Shown: piece after piece, positions 30,162 to 38,360 of the stretch
Layout of the letters: each line of letters begins with the position of its first letter
Position numbering within the stretch: the stretch's first letter is position 1
DNA from: a virus
Strand: one strand, 5' to 3'
Virus record (IMG/VR): IMGVR_UViG_3300049460_000157
Coordinates: 1 to 64,000 of that record
Length of the DNA: 64,000 nucleotides
The notes under the pieces: model-generated
Seen by the model: only the letters and a program-made list of their open reading frames with translations
Told to the model about the DNA's origin: nothing
Database searches by the model: none
Position numbers and translations under genes: made by a program

Positions 30162-30334
30162 CTGTCGACCAGGTAACCAGGAAACTGAAGGAGATCAGCC
30201 TTCGGGGCCACGGCCGCAAGCAGCTGATCCTCACCGACTGGAACTCGACCAGTGAGATCACCAGCATCCAGATGATTCAGGATGGCAAGTTGAGGGTCAT
30301 CGTCGAGTTTGAATATGGAGATCTCAATGAATGA
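30158..30334 (+). CDS. Hypothetical protein
   Basis: 58 aa, ATGA overlap. Confidence 0.5.
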   Translation: MTVDQVTRKLKEISLRGHGRKQLILTDWNSTSEITSIQMIQDGKLRVIVEFEYGDLNE

Positions 30335-30524
30335 ACGAGCAAAGCGTCTAGGTGAAGCCATCCGGCGATTCGAGCAGGCTGTGCGTGCCGACGAGATGCG
30401 AGGTGCGCAACGTCCGGAGGACCAGGAAGATATCAAGCGTGAGTACCGGGAAGCACTAAGCCATCTGGCGAATGTGATTACCGAGCCAACTTACCAAGGA
30501 ACCAAGGAAGGAAGTAACCAATGA
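30327..30524 (+). CDS. Hypothetical protein
   Basis: 65 aa, GGAG RBS. Confidence 0.6.
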   Translation: MNERAKRLGEAIRRFEQAVRADEMRGAQRPEDQEDIKREYREALSHLANVITEPTYQGTKEGSNQ

Positions 30525-30709
30525 GCGAAGCCCGTGAAGTCGCCGTGACCCTGCTACCCTGGTACAGAGCAATCCTCGGCTCAACGAAGTCGGCCAGCAC
30601 AGTAAGCAAGGCCATGCGATACATCCGTGAGCGCATGCGCAATGAGACCGAGACGGTCATGGATAACGTTGCGTGGGAACTCCATCAACTCGCAAAAGGT
30701 GACGCATGA
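30521..30709 (+). CDS. Hypothetical protein
   Basis: 62 aa, ATGA overlap. Confidence 0.55.
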   Translation: MSEAREVAVTLLPWYRAILGSTKSASTVSKAMRYIRERMRNETETVMDNVAWELHQLAKGDA

Positions 30710-30804
30710 GCGGCCCGACACAGCCCTGCCCTATCCTCTGCACCTGCCGGCCCACCCGTGGTCTGGCCTGCCACATTCATTGGGGCACTCGCCCCTATGA
30801 TCCG

Positions 30805-30930
30805 CTGAACGAAACGGCAAGGAAGACTCCTTCCAATCAACCAAGCAGTCCACCTTCCAAGTAACCAAGAAACGAGGGAGCCATCCCTCCTTCTATCCTT
30901 GGTTCCCTCCTTCACTCGCTCCTCTCTTTG
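30805..30930. repeat. Candidate centromere/operator (parS-like) tract upstream of parA
   Basis: Non-coding, degenerate 4-bp periodicity (ccaa/ggaa/cctt/tcca) with orientation switch; contains ccttggttcc. Confidence 0.6.
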
Positions 30931-30993
30931 AGACTTGCATCCCTCCGGGATTGGTTTACCGTATACGGTTGAACCAACCACTCCGGAGTTCAC

Positions 30994-31638
30994 ATGAAAA
31001 CAATCGTCTTCTCCTGCCTGAAGGGCGGGAGTGGCAAGACCACGCATTCCGCACATCTGGCCGTCGCTCTTGAGGCGATGGGCAAGGGTCCGGTCGTCAC
31101 CATGGACCTGGATCCGCAAGGCTCCTTCAGTGACTGGTGGAACGATCGCAAAGCCGACACACCGGTCTTCGCCATGGTCGAGGACATCAAGGCATTCCCG
31201 AAGAAACATGCAGCGCTGGTCGAGGCGGGGTTCGAGTATTGCGTGGTCGACACGCCGCCGCAGAATGCGGCCATCAACGAGGCTGCTGTCGAGGCCGCCG
31301 ACCTGGTGATCATCCCGGTCAAGCACTCCCCTCACGACATCCGGGCAGCGGTTACCACGGTTCAGCTCTGTGAGCGACTGAAGAAGAAGTTCTTCTTTCT
31401 GCTCAATGAGACCAACGGCAAGGGTGTGACGCTGGACGCCACACGTAACCTCGCCGCCATGGGACCGGTGATCCCGCATGCGGTGCCCAAGCTCAATGGC
31501 TACTGGCAGTCGATGATCGACGGCCGCACGTTCAGGGAGATGAACAAGGGCACCGGCGCCATCGTCGTGGAGCAGGTCGCCCAGTTTATCGTGGGCCAGT
31601 TCGAGAAGCCCGTAAAGAAGGAGAAAGCCTATGTCTAG
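30994..31638 (+). CDS. parA: ParA Walker-type partition ATPase (short, type Ib/ParF-like)
   Basis: 214 aa; deviant Walker A 'KGGSGKTT', 'DLDPQGS', 'VVDTPP', 'ADLVIIPV'; no N-terminal HTH. Confidence 0.95.
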   Translation: MKTIVFSCLKGGSGKTTHSAHLAVALEAMGKGPVVTMDLDPQGSFSDWWNDRKADTPVFAMVEDIKAFPKKHAALVEAGFEYCVVDTPPQNAAINEAAVEAADLVIIPVKHSPHDIRAAVTTVQLCERLKKKFFFLLNETNGKGVTLDATRNLAAMGPVIPHAVPKLNGYWQSMIDGRTFREMNKGTGAIVVEQVAQFIVGQFEKPVKKEKAYV

Positions 31639-31807
31639 GACGCAAAGCGCAGAAATGGCACTCAATCCACAGCGCTGGACATCTGCCAGCACTAGCCCGG
31701 CAGAAAATGGCGGCTTTGTTGCCTACGGTGACTACCTCACCCTGCGTCGCATGTACGAGGATGTGAAGGCTGAGCTCGATGTCTTGAAGGAGAAGGACCA
31801 TGTCTAG
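31631..31807 (+). CDS. 58-aa ORF inside par operon
   Basis: MSRTQSAEM...KEKDHV*; AAGGAG RBS; overlaps parA stop and next start. Confidence 0.55.
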   Translation: MSRTQSAEMALNPQRWTSASTSPAENGGFVAYGDYLTLRRMYEDVKAELDVLKEKDHV

Positions 31808-32132
31808 GCCATCACTGGATGCGGTCATCACACGCAAGGGAGCAGCAGCGCCAGCCAGCCTTGAGGCCAAGGAACCAAGTAAGGAAGCAACCGGGGAGGT
31901 ATCCAAGGAGACTTCTAACCAAGGAGCCAAGGAAGAAAGGAAGCGTGCCTGGCATCAGCCGGGGCAGGAAGAGTGGAAGAAGACCAACTACGAGATGCCG
32001 TTGCGGGTGCAGACCAAGCTCAAGGAAATGAAGAACTGGGGATACATCCCGAATGTGTACAAGTTCGTGGCCGAAGCCGTCGAGAAGGAGATCGACAAGG
32101 TCATCGCCAAGGCCGAGAAGGAGGGCTTCTGA
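31800..32132 (+). CDS. Centromere-binding partner (ParG/ParB type Ib-like, probable ribbon-helix-helix)
   Basis: 110 aa; flexible N-terminus with 'RKGAA'; C-terminal 'WKKTNYEMP-LRVQTKLKEM...VYKFVAEAVEKEI' strand-helix-helix; downstream of parA. Confidence 0.7.
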   Translation: MSRPSLDAVITRKGAAAPASLEAKEPSKEATGEVSKETSNQGAKEERKRAWHQPGQEEWKKTNYEMPLRVQTKLKEMKNWGYIPNVYKFVAEAVEKEIDKVIAKAEKEGF

Positions 32133-32722
32133 TGACTGCCGTGAGTGAGGAAGAGGAACAGCAGTTTGAGCTGTTTCAGGCCGAGACGACCTGGTTCCAT
32201 ATCTTCAGATCCATGATGGACAGTGGCGACGCAGCCAGGATGGGCGGCAACGCCTTCATGATCTACTGCATCATCAAGGGCCACACGAACTTCAGGACGG
32301 GCAGGGCATTCCCCTCGATCGATACCATCATCGAGAAGTCCGGCCTGTCCAAGTCTCAGGTGCTGCGCGAGCTGTCCACCCTGGAGGACATGGGCTACAT
32401 CACCCGAGCCAGGGAAGGGCGCAAGAACGTCTACACGCTCAGGGAGAAGATCGGCATCAGCGATGACAAGGGCCGGCCCATAGCGGACGCTACGTGGGAT
32501 TACGTGCCCGATGGCGTGAGGACCGCGGTAGCGGAGCTCAAGCACGTCATGATGACCGGCGACTTCAAAGGCGCCAAGATCATCAACATCGAGAACATGA
32601 CGGTGCACTTCAACCAGGCCAACGACAGCTCGGTGCAGATCAACATCCAGCACCTGGTCGACAATATGGATAAGCTCACACCGGAGTTGAAGGAGATTCT
32701 TCTGAGGAATCTCACGAAATAG
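32132..32722 (+). CDS. Winged-HTH replication initiator (Rep-like)
   Basis: 196 aa; 'AFMIYCII...AFPSIDTIIEKSGLSKSQVLRELSTLEDMGYI....GRKNVYTL' initiator-type wHTH; immediately followed by iterons. Confidence 0.75.
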   Translation: MTAVSEEEEQQFELFQAETTWFHIFRSMMDSGDAARMGGNAFMIYCIIKGHTNFRTGRAFPSIDTIIEKSGLSKSQVLRELSTLEDMGYITRAREGRKNVYTLREKIGISDDKGRPIADATWDYVPDGVRTAVAELKHVMMTGDFKGAKIINIENMTVHFNQANDSSVQINIQHLVDNMDKLTPELKEILLRNLTK

Positions 32723-32848
32723 GTGTCATCCATGGCACCAATTCAATAGGTGTCACCGGTGACACGTATCAACCGTGCGTTGTGTCCCCCATTTATAGGT
32801 GTCATCCGTGACACCCTTTACCGGGGAATAGGTGCCACCCATGACACC
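32719..32848. repeat. Four 21-bp palindromic iterons (ATA-GGTGTCA-N4-TGACACC)
   Basis: 32719 ataggtgtcatccatggcacc; 32746 ataggtgtcaccggtgacacg; 32795 ataggtgtcatccgtgacacc; 32828 ataggtgccacccatgacacc. Confidence 0.9.
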
Positions 32849-32849
32849 C

Positions 32850-32920
32850 TAACGAGAAGAGATTTTAAGTTAACAATACATAAAGTTATCCACAGATTAA
32901 GTGGACTACCATGTGGATAA
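32850..32920. promoter_or_regulatory. AT-rich unwinding element and two inverted DnaA boxes (plasmid-type origin)
   Basis: gattttaagttaacaatacataaag; TTATCCACA 32886-32894; TGTGGATAA 32912-32920. Confidence 0.85.
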
Positions 32921-32932
32921 CCAGGAGCGATC

Positions 32933-33181
32933 ATGAGCGATCCGCAGGAACCGAAGAACCTTGTGCTTGAGCGACTCAACCAGGTCATGGCTGAAGTCCA
33001 GGCCATGCGTGCCGAGAACAAACAGATGCATGAGAACCTGCACGACGACATGCGGCAGATCAAGGCCCGCATGACCGCGCTCGAAAAACAGATGGCGATC
33101 ACCAATGAATCGGTGGTGGCCCAGTGGGACACGTTCGACAAGCACGAGAATCGACTACGCAGTCTCGAGACACAAAGCTGA
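32933..33181 (+). CDS. Small coiled-coil protein
   Basis: 82 aa heptad pattern; AGGAG RBS. Confidence 0.7.
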   Translation: MSDPQEPKNLVLERLNQVMAEVQAMRAENKQMHENLHDDMRQIKARMTALEKQMAITNESVVAQWDTFDKHENRLRSLETQS

Positions 33182-33204
33182 TCCGTCAGCCACCGCAGTA
33201 CACC

Positions 33205-33231
33205 GAAAGCCGCCTTCCAGGTGGCTTTTTT
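33205..33231 (+). terminator. Intrinsic terminator upstream of RNAP II subunit 2
   Basis: aaagccgcc-ttcca-ggtggcttt followed by U-run. Confidence 0.7.
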
Positions 33232-33262
33232 CATTTCAGAACTGAATTTCAAGGAGCCCATC

Positions 33263-34456
33263 ATGCAGAAATTCACCGGTATGCAGTACCTCCAGATCGA
33301 CATCGCTTCCAACTACGGGCTGGACAAGAAGACCTGGGACGAGCGTCTTGCCTGGTTCAAGGCCCATGAGGACTGCCTCATGGAGATGCTGGCGACCGCC
33401 GAGACGCCGGCGCTGTACTACGCAGGTGTCAAGGCCTACGAGGCAGCACTGGCAGGGCAGGCGAGTGGCTATCCGGTCTCGCTCGATGCCACGGCATCTG
33501 GCCTGCAGATCCTCGCAGCACTCACCGGCGACCGGTCGGCCGCGGAGCTGTGCAACGTGGTCAGCACCGGCTACCGTGCAGACGCCTACACCGGCGTCTA
33601 CGACCGGATGCTGGTCAAGATCGGGGAGGAGGGCAAGATCAAGCGTACGGACGTGAAGCAGGCCGTGATGACGGCGCTGTACGGCTCCAAGGCTGTGCCG
33701 AAGGAGGTATTCGGTGAAGGCGTCCTTCTGGCTATGTTTTACGACACCATGCAGGAGGTCGCACCGGCCGCCTGGGAGCTCAACGAGGCGTTCCTCGACA
33801 TGTGGAACCCGGAGGCGCTCTGCAACAGCTGGGTGCTGCCGGATAACTTCCACGTCCACGTCAAGGTCATGAGCCAGGTGAAAGAGACAGTGCACTTCCT
33901 GAACGAGCCGTTCGACACGTTCCGCACGGTCAACGCACCGGTCGATGAAGGCCGGTCACTGGGTGCCAACACCATCCACTCACTGGACGGCATGATCGTG
34001 CGCGAGATGAACCGCCGCTGCAACTACGACCGCAACGTGGTCGACCGCGTCTACGCAGCGCTCGACGGCGAGGGCAACGCTGGCCTGGACGAAGACGATG
34101 CCATGGTGATGACGCTGTGGGCGCACTACAAGGAGTCGGGCTACCTGTCAGCCCGCATCCTCGATCACCTGTTTCACGACAACATCGATTTGGTTGACAT
34201 CGCAACGATCCGTGAACTGCTGAATAGTCTCCCGCAGACACCTTTCCAGATCATGACCATCCATGACTGTTTCCGCTGTCTGCCGAACTATGGCAATGAT
34301 CTGCGTGAACAGTACAACCTTCAGTTGCAACTCATTGCGAAGTCTGACCTGCTTCAGTTCCTGATCCGTCAGCTGCTGCAGCGTCAGGTCAACATCAGCA
34401 AGCTCGATCCCGACCTGTGGAAGGACATTGATCAGGCCGAGTACGCACTTAGTTAA
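33263..34456 (+). CDS. RNA polymerase II subunit 2 (N4 gp16-like, T7-type catalytic)
   Basis: 'QYLQIDIASNYGLDK', 'LDATASGLQ' motif A, 'R..VKQAVMT..YGS' motif B, 'TIHDCF' motif C. Confidence 0.93.
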   Translation: MQKFTGMQYLQIDIASNYGLDKKTWDERLAWFKAHEDCLMEMLATAETPALYYAGVKAYEAALAGQASGYPVSLDATASGLQILAALTGDRSAAELCNVVSTGYRADAYTGVYDRMLVKIGEEGKIKRTDVKQAVMTALYGSKAVPKEVFGEGVLLAMFYDTMQEVAPAAWELNEAFLDMWNPEALCNSWVLPDNFHVHVKVMSQVKETVHFLNEPFDTFRTVNAPVDEGRSLGANTIHSLDGMIVREMNRRCNYDRNVVDRVYAALDGEGNAGLDEDDAMVMTLWAHYKESGYLSARILDHLFHDNIDLVDIATIRELLNSLPQTPFQIMTIHDCFRCLPNYGNDLREQYNLQLQLIAKSDLLQFLIRQLLQRQVNISKLDPDLWKDIDQAEYALS

Positions 34457-34528
34457 ATATTGAGCGTAAACTTTTGGCTGCTCCCAGGTGGGAGTGGCCA
34501 ATTGTTTTCATTCAAGAGGGATAGATAG

Positions 34529-34972
34529 ATGGCACTGTTCAACATTTTCTGGCACCACGGCACCGACAAGGTAATCGTCCAACCAGCCGAAGCCGCGCCC
34601 CCGGCTGATTCGGACCATATCGGGGAGTACCAGCACCCGGATGGAAAAGATGTACGTGAGGCGCATCTTGGCCGGACACTCTTTCACATCGTCTGTGATC
34701 TGCTGAACAGACGTGGCCCTGTGAATATGCAGAGTGTGAAACTGACAGTTAACGACGAAATCGTTGACGAATCATCTACAGCCGCAACAGTAAACACAGC
34801 CGAACTGAAAGACTCAGTGAAAGCTGAAAGTGCTGTTACGGGTGTTGAGCATGCTCAGAGTTCCACTCAAGTTATGTCGAATATTGACGGCGCGGAGACT
34901 GCCGAAATTACCGATACGGCTGCTGTAACCAGTGTTACGTCTGAAGAAACGGGGGTAGCAGTGTCCACCTAA
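34529..34972 (+). CDS. Hypothetical protein with acidic Ser/Thr-rich tail
   Basis: 147 aa; lower GC than neighbours. Confidence 0.6.
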   Translation: MALFNIFWHHGTDKVIVQPAEAAPPADSDHIGEYQHPDGKDVREAHLGRTLFHIVCDLLNRRGPVNMQSVKLTVNDEIVDESSTAATVNTAELKDSVKAESAVTGVEHAQSSTQVMSNIDGAETAEITDTAAVTSVTSEETGVAVST

Positions 34973-35077
34973 GTTACATCTAAAAATACTTGAAACAAAT
35001 ACTTACCATTTAGTCAGGATTTCGCTAGAATTTCCGAACTGTGTGACGAATGTGTAAGAAATACCGATTGTCAATCG

Positions 35078-35503
35078 GTGTTTTGCTTGGTTCTGGGCTA
35101 CCCGCCCAGCCAATGCTTCCGGCCCACCAAGCAGTGGGCCTTTTCTATTTTGGGACCGAGACGGTCTCAAGGAGCCAACGAAGTGCGCGTCAATCCTTTC
35201 ACCGAAGCCCGTCCCTACCTCTGGAACGGAGAACAAATCGGTGGGTTGAAGGTAAAGGAGCGGTACCTGTGTCACGCACTCATGCGGGCACACGAAGAAG
35301 GCCACATCGACGAGCAGACCTATGGCGAGGCCAAGGTCATGATCTACACCCGGCTGGGCGATGACTACCCCTCGGTTGAATCCTTCCTGTCCTGTTCGGC
35401 ACACCTGCCGTTAGCACTCCTGACACATGAGAATGTCCAGGCGTATCGTTTTCTTTGGCTCGTGGAGCTTGAAAACAACTGGAACCAAGGACAGAGAACA
35501 TGA
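35078..35503 (+). CDS. Hypothetical protein (start uncertain)
   Basis: C-terminal 'YLCHAL...AYRFLWL..L'; true start may be GTG near 35183 after AAGGAG. Confidence 0.5.
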   Translation: MFCLVLGYPPSQCFRPTKQWAFSILGPRRSQGANEVRVNPFTEARPYLWNGEQIGGLKVKERYLCHALMRAHEEGHIDEQTYGEAKVMIYTRLGDDYPSVESFLSCSAHLPLALLTHENVQAYRFLWLVELENNWNQGQRT

Positions 35504-35880
35504 AGGCATTCCTGATCGACCCGGTGGCCAAGACCATCACGGAAGTGGAACACAAGACAGATGGCAAGGACGGCGGCCTGCGTGACATCTATACGCTACT
35601 CGGCTGCGACCTGATCGACATCGTCCGTATGCGCGATGGTGACGGCGCCTACGTCGATGACGAAGGCCTGCTCAAGAGCCCGAGCCCGGATAGCTTCTGG
35701 GCCATGCCTGAGCTCTATGGCGAAGTCGCTGCCTGGACAGGTAAAGGTCTGGTCCTTGGCTCCGATGCCAAGGGCGTCTCCACCGAACCGAAGATCACGC
35801 TCGACGAGCTGAAGCGCATCGTCGTCTTCCTGTCACCGGATCAACTGCTGACCTACATCAGCGCAGGAGAAGATGAATGA
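35500..35880 (+). CDS. DUF3846-like protein
   Basis: 'KAFLIDP', 'YVDDEGLLK', 'GKGLVLG'. Confidence 0.65.
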   Translation: MKAFLIDPVAKTITEVEHKTDGKDGGLRDIYTLLGCDLIDIVRMRDGDGAYVDDEGLLKSPSPDSFWAMPELYGEVAAWTGKGLVLGSDAKGVSTEPKITLDELKRIVVFLSPDQLLTYISAGEDE

Positions 35881-36626
35881 TTTTCCCGCAACAGGAACGC
35901 ATCGTCCGGCAGCTCACGCACGTCATGCGCACGTTCGTCGAAAGCGAAGCTGCCATCCGGCCGCACTTTCATCTGACCGGGCCGAGCGGCTCGGGTAAGA
36001 CCTTCCTGGTCAACGAAGCGGCCAGGGAGTTCAAGATTCCCTTCATGGAGGTCAACGCCGCAGGCCTGACCGCTGAAGGACTCTCCGGCAACTCGCTGTC
36101 CAAGGCATTGCGTAAGCTGCGCGAGCACTGGAACGAGCCGAACATCATCTTCGTCGACGAGTTCGATAAGTTGTTCCAGCGCAACGGTGAGACCACCGAA
36201 GGCTTCCGCTCGATGGTGCAGGACGAGTTCCTGACCGCGCTGGAATCGAAGTACATGTCGATCTTCACGGACTACGGCAAGTACGAGCCGATCCGTATCG
36301 ACAACTCGCTGTTCATCTTCGCCGGCGCCTACAGCAACCAGAAGATCGACACGCCTCAGGCACTGAAGGACACGGGCATGCGCACCGAGTTCATCGGCCG
36401 GGTACCGCTCGTGTTCAGCACCGAGGCTGTGCCGCTCGATGAGCTGAGCAAGTACATCACCAAGGTGAGCCTCTTCCAGGAATACAAGAAGCTCTACCCG
36501 AACACCCAGGAGAAGGTCGCAGCGAAGAACATCGTGGCCATGCTCGAAGCCCAGCAGAAGGAAACGCCGATCGGCATCCGGTTGCTGAACAGCACCATTC
36601 ACCAGTATTTCATGCGGGATATCTGA
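35877..36626 (+). CDS. AAA+ ATPase, ClpX/HslU-like single module
   Basis: 'GPSGSGKT', 'IIFVDEFDKL', 'LFIFAGAY', 'EFIGRVP'. Confidence 0.8.
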   Translation: MIFPQQERIVRQLTHVMRTFVESEAAIRPHFHLTGPSGSGKTFLVNEAAREFKIPFMEVNAAGLTAEGLSGNSLSKALRKLREHWNEPNIIFVDEFDKLFQRNGETTEGFRSMVQDEFLTALESKYMSIFTDYGKYEPIRIDNSLFIFAGAYSNQKIDTPQALKDTGMRTEFIGRVPLVFSTEAVPLDELSKYITKVSLFQEYKKLYPNTQEKVAAKNIVAMLEAQQKETPIGIRLLNSTIHQYFMRDI

Positions 36627-36880
36627 TGAAAGGGCCACAAAACCTGCTCGAGATCGAGATGCTGATCCGGTCGGTCTACCTGGCTGATGGCGCCAAGGTC
36701 GGCGCATCGACTGAACATCTCGCGGCGGCAGATCGTCTGGTAACGGCCGGCTGCGCTCGCTGGGCAATGACCGGACATATCGCAGCCACTGAAGCTGGCC
36801 GGTTCTATGTAGCCCATCTGCTGACTGTCCCGTATCCGGTGACGAAGCAGGTTTACACCATTCCAGAGGTGCAGTCATGA
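36626..36880 (+). CDS. Hypothetical protein
   Basis: 84 aa, translationally coupled. Confidence 0.6.
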   Translation: MKGPQNLLEIEMLIRSVYLADGAKVGASTEHLAAADRLVTAGCARWAMTGHIAATEAGRFYVAHLLTVPYPVTKQVYTIPEVQS

Positions 36881-37260
36881 GCAGCACAGTGCGCCAGTAC
36901 GGCTTCGTCGCCGTGCTCAAGAACGCCATCAACGAGGACGAACGTGAAGCCGGCAACGAGAACCAGTGGGAGAACAAGACTGGTATCCGTGTCAGCTACT
37001 CCGGTGAGCTGGTGTACGTCGACTTCAACTACGAACGGAGCCTCCGGGAGCGAGAGAACTTCTATGGTCTTTTCATTGGCTCGGCCAAGCCACTGCCGGG
37101 CGAGAGCATGGAAGACTTCAAGGCGCTGATGCACCGATGGATGTACGACATCGAGGTCGACACGATCCGGCCGTACAGCTGCATCTATTACAACGGTGGT
37201 GACAGTCCGCTGGACATGCTCACCAAGGAAGAATTTCTGAGCCAGGAGAAAGAGACCTGA
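36877..37260 (+). CDS. Hypothetical protein
   Basis: 127 aa, GAGG RBS. Confidence 0.65.
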   Translation: MSSTVRQYGFVAVLKNAINEDEREAGNENQWENKTGIRVSYSGELVYVDFNYERSLRERENFYGLFIGSAKPLPGESMEDFKALMHRWMYDIEVDTIRPYSCIYYNGGDSPLDMLTKEEFLSQEKET

Positions 37261-37261
37261 C

Positions 37262-37660
37262 ATGGACACGTCCAGAAGGCTTTCCATTCTGGACAGGGTG
37301 ATGGAGCGGGTCTTCTTCGAGGACCGCGGCTTCATGATCGATGGCAAACCATCACCCTGTCACATCTGGCAGGGACCAACGAGCGGCGACGGCAAAGGAG
37401 GCGGTTACGGCAGGATGAGTCTGAACGGGCAGACGGTGGCGGTCCATCTGGTGGTCTACACCCACCACTTCGGCTACATCCCCAGCACGAAACAGATCGA
37501 TCACCTGTGCAACGTCAGGCTGTGCTGCAACTTTGCTCACCTCGATCTCGTGAGTCACCTGAAGAACCAGAAAAGAAGGGCAGAGCGGCAGCGCATCGCC
37601 GTTAGTAGTACGAAAGGCAATGTGGGCTATCCCACAGAGAGGTATGCGCTGGCTGCGTAA
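37262..37660 (+). CDS. HNH endonuclease (N4 gp22-like)
   Basis: 'CHIWQG', 'GYGRM', 'IDHLCNVRLCCNFAHL...N'. Confidence 0.85.
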   Translation: MDTSRRLSILDRVMERVFFEDRGFMIDGKPSPCHIWQGPTSGDGKGGGYGRMSLNGQTVAVHLVVYTHHFGYIPSTKQIDHLCNVRLCCNFAHLDLVSHLKNQKRRAERQRIAVSSTKGNVGYPTERYALAA

Positions 37661-37693
37661 ACTCTCCCTCAAGATGAATTTGAGGAAGAGACC

Positions 37694-38353
37694 ATGAACC
37701 CGCACCACTACGACATCGCTTACGAAAAGCTGGTTGATTACCTGATGCACTTCTGTGTGTCACGCATCTACGGCGACGACAACGCAGCCCAGGAGCAGCC
37801 GCGCACCTTTGGCGGCCACGCCGGATTCGTTTCACTGGAACTCAGTGGCGAGCCGGCGCTGCATGAGGGTGATCTCGTGCTGCTGTCGGGTCACCGGCAG
37901 CCGAAGTGGCGCATGGGATGGCTGAAGGCCGTGCGCAACCTGCCGATGGGCTGTGAGTACATGGTGCAGAGCGTGACGGACGATGCCGAAGTGGCGAGCT
38001 TCACGAACGTGAGCGTCTCGTACTTCCACCGGCCGACACTGAAGCTGCACCCGGAGTGGCGCTGGACCAATGAACAGCACGAGTTTGCTGAGCACTGGAC
38101 CCAGCTCATCATGGCCGAACGCCAGACGCAACTCGTTGTGCCCATGCAGCCTGTTTTTCTCGGGGATTCAGCTGACTCAGTGACGCTGAAAGCCCGTGCG
38201 CGGTTTGGTCTCGATGACTACAAACCCTCCATAACACTTGCGGACTTCCGCTCCCTGGGCAGCCATGAGCTGCTCGGCGCTTACGACCAGCTGTGCCAGA
38301 TGTTCGATACACGTCAGGCACTGCGCGGAGCGACGGAGGTCCAGAACGAATGA
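37694..38353 (+). CDS. Hypothetical protein
   Basis: 219 aa, GAGG RBS. Confidence 0.7.
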   Translation: MNPHHYDIAYEKLVDYLMHFCVSRIYGDDNAAQEQPRTFGGHAGFVSLELSGEPALHEGDLVLLSGHRQPKWRMGWLKAVRNLPMGCEYMVQSVTDDAEVASFTNVSVSYFHRPTLKLHPEWRWTNEQHEFAEHWTQLIMAERQTQLVVPMQPVFLGDSADSVTLKARARFGLDDYKPSITLADFRSLGSHELLGAYDQLCQMFDTRQALRGATEVQNE

Positions 38354-38360
38354 AACCATA

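Noticed and set aside
31973-32131. Extended N-termini from the ORF track (Rep from 31973, helicase from 52404, PolA from 54156, RNAP1 from 29077)
   Set aside because: They overlap upstream genes; downstream starts have RBS or stop-start coupling.
32719-32848. CRISPR mini-array interpretation of the four palindromic repeats
   Set aside because: Gaps of 6, 28 and 12 bp are too irregular for spacers, no cas genes are present, and the context (Rep, AT-rich tract, DnaA boxes) fits iterons.
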